Positions 14,049 to 23,075 of a DNA stretch of 62,000 nt are shown piece after piece. The stretch is taken from NCBI RefSeq assembly GCF_000737315.1, contig NZ_JMCB01000013.1, forward strand, positions 20,001-82,000. Direction: 5' to 3'. A model generated the notes under the pieces. The model worked only from the letters and a program-made list of their open reading frames with translations, searched no databases and was not told the origin of the DNA. Made by a program: the position numbers and the translations under genes. Positions within the stretch are counted from its first letter, which is position 1, and each line of letters begins with the position of its first letter. The DNA is from Hyalangium minutum (GTDB lineage Bacteria; Myxococcota; Myxococcia; Myxococcales; Myxococcaceae).

Positions 14049-17015
14049 ATGTGGGGACGTCGGTGGGTGGTCCTAACGGCGTGGGCATGCGTGGCGGCGA
14101 TGGTGGGGGGCTGTGATCGGCCCAGCTCGAACGGGCGAGGCGCGCGGGCGGCGTTCGCGGCGCGCCCCGAGCTGCTCGACTTCGGCCCTGCGGCCGTGGG
14201 CTCGACGAAGACGGTGAAGCTGAAGCTGGCCAATGGCGGCCGCGCCCCGGTGCGCATCGAAGGCGCGCTCTCCAGCGTGCCCAACGTAGAGGTTCCGCCG
14301 TTCGAGCCCTTCTCGCTGAGCGCGGGTGGGGAGACGGAGATCGAGGTCCACTTCACGCCGGAGGTGGAGGGCTCGGTCAAGGGCGTGGTGGAGATCTTCA
14401 CGGACGCGGATGCCTCTGAGAAGACGTCACAGGTGGCCTTCACGGGCTTGGGCGTGAATGCGCTGGTGGAGGTGAAGACGCCCTCGCTGGACTACGGCAA
14501 TGTGACGCTGGAGACCGTGGCCATTCGCGACCTGGTGTTGCGCAACCCCACGAGCGTGGACAGCTCGATGCGGCTGGAGCTGAGGGGGCCGGACGCCGAC
14601 CAGTTCTCCTCCACGATGACCGGCAAGGACGTGGTGCTGAAGGCGGGCCAGGACTGGACGCTGCCCGTGGGCTTCAAGCCCAACCGGCTGGGGACCGCGT
14701 CGGCGGAGGCCCGCGTGAAGGTGTGCGACACGTGTGAGCCCGTCGTCGTCCCGCTCACGGGCATGGGCGTGGCCGCCGAGCTGGAGATCTCCCCGGTGCG
14801 CCTGGACTTTGGCCGCGTGGCCGTGAACGCCACCGCCGAGCAGAGCATCATCGTGCGCAACCAGGGCAGCGCGCCCATGTCCTATACGGGCGCCAACATC
14901 GTCTCCAACGCGGGCGGCGTCTTCCGCGTGGTGAGCACGCCGCTGCCGCAGGGCAACACGCTCAAGCCGGGCGATGCCGCGGAGATCCGCGTGGCCTTCA
15001 CTCCGGCGGCGGTGGGCACCGCGCCCGAGGGCAAGGTGGAGATCCAGGTCCGCGCCTCCAACTCTTCCGCGCCCGTGCCCAAGGTGGCGCTGGCGGGCGA
15101 GGGGGGCTCTTCCTGCATCGGCGTGCAGCCCAGCCTGGTCGACTTCGGTGAAGTGGCCGAGGGCATGGCGGCCACCCGGCAGGTGCAGGTCTACAACCGG
15201 TGCCGCACCCAGGTGCTGGTGAGTGACTTGCAGATCGCCACCCAGCGCGGCGGCTACTTCTCGCTGGCCCAGGCACCGGCGAGCCTGCCCATCGATCCGG
15301 GCAAGTCCGCGCCGGTAGGCGTCACCTTCACGCCTCGGGCCGGGGCGGGGGATGGCGTGGCGCAGCTGTTCGTGACGGTGCGCCAGGGCGCCTCCACCTC
15401 CACCGAGGGCGTGGCGCTCAAGGGCTCCGGCAAGCTCTTCCCGCCGTGCCAGTACACGATGACGCCGCAGGTGCTGAACTTCGGCCGCGTGCCGGTGGGC
15501 TCGGAGGTGGCGCTCGGGGTGTCCTTGCGCAACACCGGTACTACCCCGTGCTTCCTGGCCTCCATGCAGCTTGCGGGTGGCTCGGATGCGGTCTTCAGTA
15601 CGGGGCGCGTGGAGAACACCGTGGTGCTGCCCGGCATGAAGGCTTCGCTGCTGGTGCACTTCAAGCCGGACGCGGCCGCCACCTTCGGCGGGCTGGCCGA
15701 GGCCTGGGTGAATCACCCCAGCGCGGGCCACCCCACCGTGACCGTGCAAGGCGAGGGCTCCACGGGCTGCTTCGCCGTGCAGCCCACCCACGTCGAGTTC
15801 GGCCTCGCCAAGCTCACCTGCGAGCCGCGCGCCAAGGAGCTCGTCGCCTATAACCGCTGCGCTGGCCCCGTCACCGTACAGAGCATGGTGTTGGAGCGGG
15901 ACACCGAGGAGATCTCCCTGTCCGAGTCGCCCCACTTCCCGCTCACGCTGGAGGCCAACCAGAGCTTCCGCATCCACGCCAAGTATGAGCCCACGGACGA
16001 GGGCGAGGATCTCGCGGCGCTGCGCTTCGATCTCGGCCAGGGTTCCGTCTACACCGCGAGCCTTGTCGGCCGGGGCGCCTCCAACGCCAACCAGGTGGAC
16101 TCTTTCATCCAGGAGTCCGCTGCCAAGGTGGACGTGCTCTTCGTGGTGGATAACTCGGGCTCGATGATGGAGGAGCAGCAGAGCCTGGGCGCCAACTTCG
16201 CGGCCTTCATGAGCGCGGCCACCGCTTCCGGCGTGGACTACCACATCGGTGTCACCACCACGGGCCTGGACTCTTCCTCGGGCGGCTGGTCGTCGTGCCC
16301 CGGCGGCGCCGAAGGTGGCGAGAGCGGCCGGCTCTTCCCGGTGAACGGCTCCTCGCCGCGCATCATCACCCCGCTCACGCCGAACGCCGCGGGCGTCTTC
16401 GCCACCAATACCCACGTGGGCGTGTGCCACTGGAACGAGCAGGGCCTCGAGGCTGCCTACCGCGCCCTGTCGGATCCGCTCCTGCACAGCCTGGACGATC
16501 CGCGCACCCCGCAGACCAGCGACGGCAACGGCGGCTTCATCCGCGACGAGGCGCGCCTGGCCATCATCTTCGTCACCGACGAGGAGGACTTCTCCAGCCA
16601 GCCGGTGCCCTTCTATGAGACGTACTTCAAGGCGCTGAAGAGCAATGATCCGGGCAAGCTGAGCGTCTCCGCCATCGCAGGCCCGGTGGATCTGTCCTCC
16701 TGCTCCACCGCGAGCAGCTCCGGCACCCGCTACATCCAGCTGGCCAATGCCACCGGCGGCGTGGTGGAGAGCATCTGCACCCCGAACTGGGCCGAGTCCC
16801 TCAAGAAGCTCTCGGACACCGCGTTCGGCCCGAAGCGCTCCTTCCCGCTGTCGGATGTGCCGGCGGACACGAGCCAGATTGTCGTGAGCGTCAACGGCGT
16901 CCAGATCACCTCGGGCTGGGTCTACGACGGGGCCAGCAACTCCATCGTGTTCGACCAGGGCGCCGCGCCGCCTCCGGGCGCCTACATCGAGGTGACTTAC
17001 CCCCTGGGTTGCTAG
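14049..17015 (+). CDS. Surface lipoprotein with six choice-of-anchor-D (ASH/Ig-like) repeats and a C-terminal vWA-like domain
   Basis: Lipobox VGG-C22. Six repeats begin P..(L/V)(D/N/E)(F/Y)G (PELLDFG, TPSLDYG, PVRLDFG, PSLVDFG, PQVLNFG, PTHVEFG). MIDAS-type VDVLFVVDNSGSM and IIFVTDEED. SD GGGAGG at 14035-14040. Confidence 0.85.
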   Translation: MWGRRWVVLTAWACVAAMVGGCDRPSSNGRGARAAFAARPELLDFGPAAVGSTKTVKLKLANGGRAPVRIEGALSSVPNVEVPPFEPFSLSAGGETEIEVHFTPEVEGSVKGVVEIFTDADASEKTSQVAFTGLGVNALVEVKTPSLDYGNVTLETVAIRDLVLRNPTSVDSSMRLELRGPDADQFSSTMTGKDVVLKAGQDWTLPVGFKPNRLGTASAEARVKVCDTCEPVVVPLTGMGVAAELEISPVRLDFGRVAVNATAEQSIIVRNQGSAPMSYTGANIVSNAGGVFRVVSTPLPQGNTLKPGDAAEIRVAFTPAAVGTAPEGKVEIQVRASNSSAPVPKVALAGEGGSSCIGVQPSLVDFGEVAEGMAATRQVQVYNRCRTQVLVSDLQIATQRGGYFSLAQAPASLPIDPGKSAPVGVTFTPRAGAGDGVAQLFVTVRQGASTSTEGVALKGSGKLFPPCQYTMTPQVLNFGRVPVGSEVALGVSLRNTGTTPCFLASMQLAGGSDAVFSTGRVENTVVLPGMKASLLVHFKPDAAATFGGLAEAWVNHPSAGHPTVTVQGEGSTGCFAVQPTHVEFGLAKLTCEPRAKELVAYNRCAGPVTVQSMVLERDTEEISLSESPHFPLTLEANQSFRIHAKYEPTDEGEDLAALRFDLGQGSVYTASLVGRGASNANQVDSFIQESAAKVDVLFVVDNSGSMMEEQQSLGANFAAFMSAATASGVDYHIGVTTTGLDSSSGGWSSCPGGAEGGESGRLFPVNGSSPRIITPLTPNAAGVFATNTHVGVCHWNEQGLEAAYRALSDPLLHSLDDPRTPQTSDGNGGFIRDEARLAIIFVTDEEDFSSQPVPFYETYFKALKSNDPGKLSVSAIAGPVDLSSCSTASSSGTRYIQLANATGGVVESICTPNWAESLKKLSDTAFGPKRSFPLSDVPADTSQIVVSVNGVQITSGWVYDGASNSIVFDQGAAPPPGAYIEVTYPLGC

Positions 17016-17043
17016 CCCTGAGAGGGAAAACACGCAGGACCCT

Positions 17044-17080
17044 GGGGGCGTCCCGAGCGGGGCGTCCCCATCGTTATTTT
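17044..17080 (+). terminator. Probable intrinsic terminator
   Basis: GGGGGCGTCCC-GAGC-GGGGCGTCCCC forms an 11-bp stem with two G-U pairs, followed by ATCGTTATTTT, 28 nt after the stop at 17015. Confidence 0.6.
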
Positions 17081-17160
17081 CGCTTCTCACTGTTTCTGGA
17101 CAGACAGAGGAATTCTCCCTCGACATAGGGGTTGGCGCGCGGCAGTTTGAAAGGCGGTCA

Positions 17161-18090
17161 ATGCCTCCAGAATCCCTGCTTGTCGTTGGAGTAGGAGACA
17201 TCCATGGGCGCTTCCACCGGGTGGAGGCGTGGATGGATGCGCTGGAAGCGGCGCGCGGTCGCTCCGTGGATTTCATGGTGGCGGTGGGGGACGTGGAGGC
17301 GTTCCGGCGGGCGGATGACCACCGGCGCAAGGCGGCCAAGCGCGCCATGCCAGCCGAGTTCGCCGAGTACGCGGACGGCACGCGGCGGATGAAGCGGCCG
17401 CTGTACTTCATTGGCGGCAACAACGAGGACTTCGAGGCACTGCACGACCACCCCGAGGGTGTCGAGCTCGCACCGAACGTGCACTACCTGGGGCGGGCGG
17501 GGCTGCGGCACGTGAGGGGGCTGCGGGTGGGCTACCTGTCGGGCATCCACGCGCCGCGCTTCTTCGAGCAGCCCATAAAGCGGCCCACGTCGCTGGATTC
17601 GGCGAAGCAGGCGGGCTACTTCCGCACGCCCGAGGTGGAGAAGGTGACGGGGATAAGGGACGTGGACCTGTTCCTGGTGCACGAGTGGCCCCGGGGCATC
17701 GTCCAGCGCGCCCGGGACGAGGCGCTGCCCTCCTCGCGGCCGCTGCCGTCCTACTGGATTGGCAACCCCATCACCCGCAGGCTGGTGGACACCATCCGGC
17801 CGAGGTGGGTGCTGTGTGGGCACTCGCACAAGGGGTTCGCCGTGTCGCTGGGCGGCGAGGGCCACCGGCCGGTGACACGCATTGCCTGCCTGGATCAGGC
17901 TGCCCGGCCGGAGGAGGCCGTGTTCTGGCTGGAGTACGAGGGCCGCGAGCCCGTGCGTGCGGGGTGGGGCCTCTCGGGCGAGGTGGCGTGGAAGGCGGGA
18001 GAGACGTGGAACCTCACGCGCCTGCCGGCCACCCCGCCTCCCCGTGTCTCCGAGGACGCAGGCGAGATGGAGGAGCACGAGTCTCCCTGA
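17161..18090 (+). CDS. Calcineurin-like metallophosphoesterase, Dbr1/CWF19 (lariat debranching enzyme)-like
   Basis: Metallophosphoesterase motifs GDIHG, GDVE, GGNNE, HEWP and GHSH; extensive similarity to the Dbr1 catalytic domain (see findings). Confidence 0.88.
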   Translation: [309 protein letters not shown]

Positions 18091-18096
18091 GCGAGC

Positions 18097-21000
18097 TCAG
18101 GCGTTCGTGGTGGGCTCCTCCGGAAGGGAAGGCGGGCCCGCGGGCTGCAGCAGCACCTCGAAGGTGGTGCCCTGGCCGGGCGTGCTGCGCACACGGATGT
18201 CTCCGCCCATGGCCTTGACGTAGGTGTGGCACAGGGACAGCCCCAGCCCCGTGCCCATCCCCACCGGCTTGGTGGTGAAGAAGGGATCGAAGATGCGGGG
18301 CAGCACCTCCGGCGGAATGCCCGTGCCGGTGTCGCTTACCTCCACCCTGAGCGGGCCCGCCTCTTCCTGCCGCGCGGTGAGGCGGATCTCGTGCTGGTCC
18401 GCGTGGCCCTCGGGGATGGCCTGGGCCGCGTTCACCAGCAGGTTGAGGAACACCTGGCCCAGATGCGTCTCGTCTCCCATGACCCAGAGCGGCCCCGTGT
18501 AGTCCTTCACCAGCCGGGCCCGGTGGCGGATCTGCCCGCCCGCCATGGAGGCCGCCAGCTCCAGCACGGGCGCCAGATCCACCTGCGTGGGCTGCCGCGG
18601 CTTCGCTCGGGAGAACGTGCGGAGATCCTGGATGATGCGGCTCATCCGATCGGCACCTTGCAGTGCCTCGGCGAGCGCCTGCCCCACCTCCTCCATCCGC
18701 TCGCGGTCCTCCGGGGGCACGTGGAGCGCACGCACCTCCGAGTCCACGAAGTGCAGGTTGGAGATGACGAAGGACAGCGGGTTGTTCAGCTCGTGGCCCA
18801 CGCCTGCGGCCAACGTGCCCACCGCTGCCAGCTTCTCCGCGTGGACCAGCCGCTCCCGCGCGTCCTGCAACTCCTGGACGTGGGCCTGCAGATCCGCGTT
18901 CACCGTGGCCAGCTCCTCGGTGCGCTGGGCCACGTGGGACTCCAGCTGGCGCTCGCGGCGGCCGGCCTGGCGCAGGCGCAGCCACACCAGGCCCGCCACG
19001 GTCAGCACCACCGCCAGCCCGCCCATCGCCCGGAACCACCCCGTTTGGTGGAAGCGAGGTTTCAGCTCGAACATCAGCTCCACGCCCGGGGCCGCGCCAC
19101 CTCCGTCCGCGTACTCCGCCTCCACGAGGAACCGGTAGCTCCCCGGCGGCAGGCTCAGGTACCAGGCCTCGCGCCGGGTGCCGGCCTGGACCCAGTCCTC
19201 GTCCGCCCCCTCGAGCCGGAAGCGGAAGCGCACCTGCTGGGGTGCGCGCAGGCCCGCCGAGGTGTAGCGGATCTCCACCCGGCCCTCACCCCGGGGGATG
19301 GAGCCCCGCTCTGACGGAGGGATGGGACGTCCGTCTACCCTCAGCTCTTCAATGAGCACCGGAGCCGGGGGCAGCCGCGCGGCCTCGGGGCCCGGCGTAT
19401 ACGCGACAGCGCCGCGGATGGTGGGGAACCAGAGCCGGCCGCTGCGATCCCGCCACCCAGCGGGGGCACCCAGGGCGTTGCACTCCGCCGAGCGCATCCC
19501 ATCCTCCGCGCCATAGACGCGCGGGGTGAGGTGCACGAGCCGGCCCTCGGCCACCGCGTCCAGCTCCGCCTTCGACACGTGGGAGATGCCCTTGTTGCTG
19601 CTCATCCACAGGTCGCCCTGGCCGTCTTCGAGGAGCTGGAAGATGCGGTTGTCGTAGAGCCCGTCCGTCACGGAGAAGCGCCGGAACTGTCCCTCCTTCC
19701 AGCGGAAGAGCCCGTCATCGGTGCCGATCCACAGCACACCGTTGCTGTCCTCGTGGAGCGCCGCGACCTTGCTGTTCAGGGGCCCGCGCTCGGGCGCCAG
19801 CAGGGTGCTCCGCCCCTGGAGGAGGTGGGCCAGCCCGCCGTCCCGGGTGCCCAGCCACAGGCCTCCGGCGGCGCTGGCACGCAGCAAGCTCAGGTCCTTT
19901 CCAGGGAGCCCGCCCTCGGGCGTGAAGGGCTCGAAGCGCTCCCCGGTTCTGCGCGCCAGTCCCGTGGGCGTGCCCACCCAGAGGGTGCCCTGGGCGTCCA
20001 CCTCCAGGTAGAAGGCGCGCACGTCCGTCAGTCCCTGTGCCTCGCCGTATGCGGTGAACGTACCGTCGCGCCAGCGGTTGATGCCGCTGCGCGTCCCCAC
20101 CCACACGTTGCCTTCCGGGTCCTCCGCGAGCGTGCGGACGCGATCCAGGACGAGGCCGTCGCGCGGCGTCCAGGACGTCATCGTCCCGTCGCTCTGCATG
20201 CGGGTGACGCCGCCTCCCAAGGTGCCGAACCAGATGCTGCCGTCTCGCATCTGGCGGATGGTCAGCACCATGTCGCTCCCCATGCCCTCCAGTGGCCCGT
20301 AGGGCGTGAAGGGCGCGTCCTTGAGGCGGTGGAGCCCTCGGGCCTCCGTGCCCACCCACAGGTTGCCCTCGCGATCCTCGAGCAGCGTGCTCACCAGGCA
20401 GCCTTCCAGCGGGTGCCCGCGAGGCAGCTCCGAGAGCTGGCCGTGAGACCACCGCTGCAGCCCTCGGCCCAGCGTCCCCATCCAGAGTGTGCCAGCCCGA
20501 TCGAAGAGCATCAGGCCAATGGGAGCACCGGCCGTGCCTGCTCCCGGCACCGGCCGCATGACTCCGTCCACGAGCTGGTAGACGATCCCCGCCTCGGTGC
20601 CGGCCCAGAGCGTGCCCCGCGAGTCGAGGGTCATTGTCCGCACTGTGACGCGCTTCTGGCCTTCGAAGGGCAAGGGCGCCGTCCATGCGGTCCCATCCCA
20701 TCGCTGCAGGCCTCCCTCGCTGCCCGCCCAGATGCTGCCCTGCTCGTCCTCCACAAGCGCCAGCACCGTGTCGTTGGCCAGCCCGTTGGCCACGGTCCAC
20801 GTCCGCAGCTTCCCGTCGGAGACTCGCGAGATGCCGTGCCCATCCGAGGCCACCCACAGACTTCCGTCGCGGGTGGCCAGCAGCTCGTTGGGGCTGGAGA
20901 GGGCCTTGTCCGGCGGAGCGGCCAACGCGAAGAAGGTGCCCTCCCGGAAGCCTGCAATGCCCTCGGTGGTGCCGATCCACAGCGTCCCATCCGGCGCGAG

Positions 21001-21282
21001 CTCCAGGTTCCGCACGGAGCGGCTGGGCAGGGCGTGGGTGTTCGCCGGCTCGAAGACGGTGAAGTTCACCCCGTCGAAGCGGACCAAGCCCTCCCAGGTG
21101 CCGCTCCACAGGTAGCCGTCCGGCGTCTGGGCCATGTCCAGCACGCTGTTCTGCGGCAGCCCCTCCGCCGTCTGCCACGCCCGGTGGGGGAACTGGAGCA
21201 GGGCCTTGTCCGGGTCCAGCGCCCAGGCATGCCCCCAAGCTCCCAGCACGGCTCCCAGCAGCAGGATCCCCCGCAGGCTCAT
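18097..21282 (-). CDS. Sensor histidine kinase with periplasmic beta-propeller (Reg_prop repeats) and Y_Y_Y domain
   Basis: Signal peptide; many repeats of the type D..G.(L/V)W(V/I/L)GT..GL; Y_Y_Y-like segment (FRFRLEGADEDW...YLSLPPGSYRF); TM helix; AGVGHELNNPL, NLLVNAAQA, DTGTGI, GTGLGL. Confidence 0.95.
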   Translation of the reverse strand: MSLRGILLLGAVLGAWGHAWALDPDKALLQFPHRAWQTAEGLPQNSVLDMAQTPDGYLWSGTWEGLVRFDGVNFTVFEPANTHALPSRSVRNLELAPDGTLWIGTTEGIAGFREGTFFALAAPPDKALSSPNELLATRDGSLWVASDGHGISRVSDGKLRTWTVANGLANDTVLALVEDEQGSIWAGSEGGLQRWDGTAWTAPLPFEGQKRVTVRTMTLDSRGTLWAGTEAGIVYQLVDGVMRPVPGAGTAGAPIGLMLFDRAGTLWMGTLGRGLQRWSHGQLSELPRGHPLEGCLVSTLLEDREGNLWVGTEARGLHRLKDAPFTPYGPLEGMGSDMVLTIRQMRDGSIWFGTLGGGVTRMQSDGTMTSWTPRDGLVLDRVRTLAEDPEGNVWVGTRSGINRWRDGTFTAYGEAQGLTDVRAFYLEVDAQGTLWVGTPTGLARRTGERFEPFTPEGGLPGKDLSLLRASAAGGLWLGTRDGGLAHLLQGRSTLLAPERGPLNSKVAALHEDSNGVLWIGTDDGLFRWKEGQFRRFSVTDGLYDNRIFQLLEDGQGDLWMSSNKGISHVSKAELDAVAEGRLVHLTPRVYGAEDGMRSAECNALGAPAGWRDRSGRLWFPTIRGAVAYTPGPEAARLPPAPVLIEELRVDGRPIPPSERGSIPRGEGRVEIRYTSAGLRAPQQVRFRFRLEGADEDWVQAGTRREAWYLSLPPGSYRFLVEAEYADGGGAAPGVELMFELKPRFHQTGWFRAMGGLAVVLTVAGLVWLRLRQAGRRERQLESHVAQRTEELATVNADLQAHVQELQDARERLVHAEKLAAVGTLAAGVGHELNNPLSFVISNLHFVDSEVRALHVPPEDRERMEEVGQALAEALQGADRMSRIIQDLRTFSRAKPRQPTQVDLAPVLELAASMAGGQIRHRARLVKDYTGPLWVMGDETHLGQVFLNLLVNAAQAIPEGHADQHEIRLTARQEEAGPLRVEVSDTGTGIPPEVLPRIFDPFFTTKPVGMGTGLGLSLCHTYVKAMGGDIRVRSTPGQGTTFEVLLQPAGPPSLPEEPTTNA

Positions 21283-21306
21283 GGCCCCATCATCCCAAGA
21301 AACACG

Positions 21307-21342
21307 AAGGGCCGGGCGCCACGATTGGCACGCCCGGCCCCT
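21307..21342 (-). terminator. Probable intrinsic terminator of the Ig-like protein gene
   Basis: 12-bp stem AAGGGCCGGGCG/CGCCCGGCCCTT; on the minus strand it is followed by CGTGTTTCTT, 25 nt past the stop at 21367. Confidence 0.65.
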
Positions 21343-21366
21343 TGCTTCAGCCCCTACCGAGTGCGG

Positions 21367-22662
21367 TTACCAGGGGCAGTTGACCACTTCCACCGTGCGG
21401 GTGAGCGGGGCCGCGCTGTTGCCGCCGCTGTCCGTCAGCGTGTACTGCACCGTGTAGACGCCCTCGACCCAGCCGTTGGGGAAGCCCGTCCAGTGCGCCT
21501 CGGGGGTGATATCGCCGTAGCAGGTGTCGAACGCCGTCCAACCCGGATCCACCCACTGGCTGCCGCACTGGTGGACCATGTGCGTGGGGCCCTTGAGCGC
21601 GAACTGCGGCGGCTTGGTGTCGTTCACCGTCACGTTGCGGATGGCGCTGACCGTGCGGCCCTGAGCATCCCACGCGATGTACTGCACGGGGTAGGTGCCC
21701 TCGGCGCAGGTGGCCGGCCCGGGGCCGTACGCGTCGTGGCCCGAGTTGTAGTAGTGCACCTCGAGATCCGAGCAGTCCGCGTTGAACGCCTGGGCGCCCG
21801 GATCCGTCCACGTCGTCTCACCGCACTCCAGCGTCATGTCCAGCGAGCCGTTGGGCACCAGCAGCGGGCCCGAGCCCGGCGTGCACGCGGAGCTGGTGCT
21901 CATGTTGCTGCTGTTGCGGGTGAGGTTGTTCGGGTTGTTGCTGCACACCTGGCTGTTCACGCACGCCAGCGCCGCGTGGCTGCAGGTGCCGTCCGTGTTG
22001 CAGATGTCCGTGGTGCAGCTGTCGCCATCGTCGCAGCTCGCGCTGCCGCTGCAGGCGGTGGAGACCACCTCGCCGTTGAGCACCACGTCCGCGCGGCGCA
22101 GCCGGTTCTCCGAGCAGCAGTCATCCACCTGGGTGATGACCACGCGGTTGAGCTCGCCCGCCTTGACGTGCGAGGCCAGGTTCGTCGTGCCGCTGCCGCC
22201 CAGGTACACGTAGCTGCCGGGGATCACCAGGCCGCCCGGGTGCTGGGAGTTGTAGATGGTGACGCGCGAGCCGTCGTCCATGCCGGTGAAGCTGATGGTG
22301 AACGTCGTCACGGCCACGTTGGACGGGATGTTCACGAACGTCTGGAAGTAGGTGAAGTCGCCGTACGCCAGACAGGTGGTCGGCGCGCTACACACCCGAG
22401 AGGGAATGTCGAAGTTGATATAGTCCGGGTTCGGCGCCGACACCCAGTCCGGATCCGAAGCGGCCGGAACGCTGGCCACGTCGTACTCACAGTTCTGCCC
22501 GTGCTGCGTGGGGTTGCAGCTGAACCGCACGAGTCCCAGCGGATTGCTGGCCGTCACCTCGTTACCATTGTGCATCTGCCACGGCGAGCGGCTCTGGGCC
22601 GCCGCGGGCAGGGCGAAGAGAACGGCGAGAGTTCCTACCGCGCCTACCAACTTGTTGATCAT
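21367..22662 (-). CDS. Secreted Cys-rich protein with an uncharacterised N-terminal beta domain and two C-terminal DUF5011/HYR-like Ig domains
   Basis: Start ATG 22662 (MINKLVGAVG) with AGGGGG upstream; signal peptide ending AAA-Q; CDDGDSCTTDIC repeat; WTDPGAQA and WVDPGWTAFD; Y.VQY...D..G motifs. Confidence 0.85.
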   Translation of the reverse strand: MINKLVGAVGTLAVLFALPAAAQSRSPWQMHNGNEVTASNPLGLVRFSCNPTQHGQNCEYDVASVPAASDPDWVSAPNPDYINFDIPSRVCSAPTTCLAYGDFTYFQTFVNIPSNVAVTTFTISFTGMDDGSRVTIYNSQHPGGLVIPGSYVYLGGSGTTNLASHVKAGELNRVVITQVDDCCSENRLRRADVVLNGEVVSTACSGSASCDDGDSCTTDICNTDGTCSHAALACVNSQVCSNNPNNLTRNSSNMSTSSACTPGSGPLLVPNGSLDMTLECGETTWTDPGAQAFNADCSDLEVHYYNSGHDAYGPGPATCAEGTYPVQYIAWDAQGRTVSAIRNVTVNDTKPPQFALKGPTHMVHQCGSQWVDPGWTAFDTCYGDITPEAHWTGFPNGWVEGVYTVQYTLTDSGGNSAAPLTRTVEVVNCPW

Positions 22663-22709
22663 CTGGTGTAGCCCCCTCGTCGGAGCGGCCAGCCCGTTCT
22701 GGCCAAACT

Positions 22710-22744
22710 TTTTGACGCCCAACGTCACAGTACCAGCGTCAAAA
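22710..22744. promoter_or_regulatory. Operator-like inverted repeat upstream of the Ig-like gene
   Basis: TTTTGACGC (22710-22718) - N17 - GCGTCAAAA (22736-22744), perfect 9-bp arms in an AT-richer intergenic stretch. Confidence 0.45.
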
Positions 22745-22834
22745 GTGGTTCTTACTGTACCGGGAGAGCAGGCTCGATCTCAAGGGGGGAACAGGTATTA
22801 ATCGCGTTTTTCAGATCTTGATAAAGGCGGCCAA

Positions 22835-23075
22835 TCAAGGGGCAGGGAAGAGGTAAGTCTCAATAAAATCAAAGGCTTGCTGATCGTGGGTGATCTTTGC
22901 ATCCACATCCGCCTGCAAGAAAGTACCTCCTGCGCTGAAGGCCTCATCGAAGCTGTGGTGGACGTTGTGTTGGAGTTCGCCAGCAGCGCCATGAGGGTGC
23001 TGCCCCCGTGGGACCAGCCGAGCACGCCCACGCGGTTCATGTCGATGCCGGGCACGGTGGTGAGGACCTGCTGAA
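22835..23075 (-). pseudogene. Relic of a dienelactone-hydrolase-like alpha/beta hydrolase (5' part lost, internal deletion plus frameshift)
   Basis: One frame reads LTTVPGIDMNRVGVLGWSHGGSTLMALL (nucleophile elbow GxSxGG). It switches near 22975 to a frame reading NVHHSFDE...AFDFIETYLFPAP* (catalytic-His motif HSFD). The roughly 80-100 aa normally between these motifs and the whole N-terminus are absent. Confidence 0.7.
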
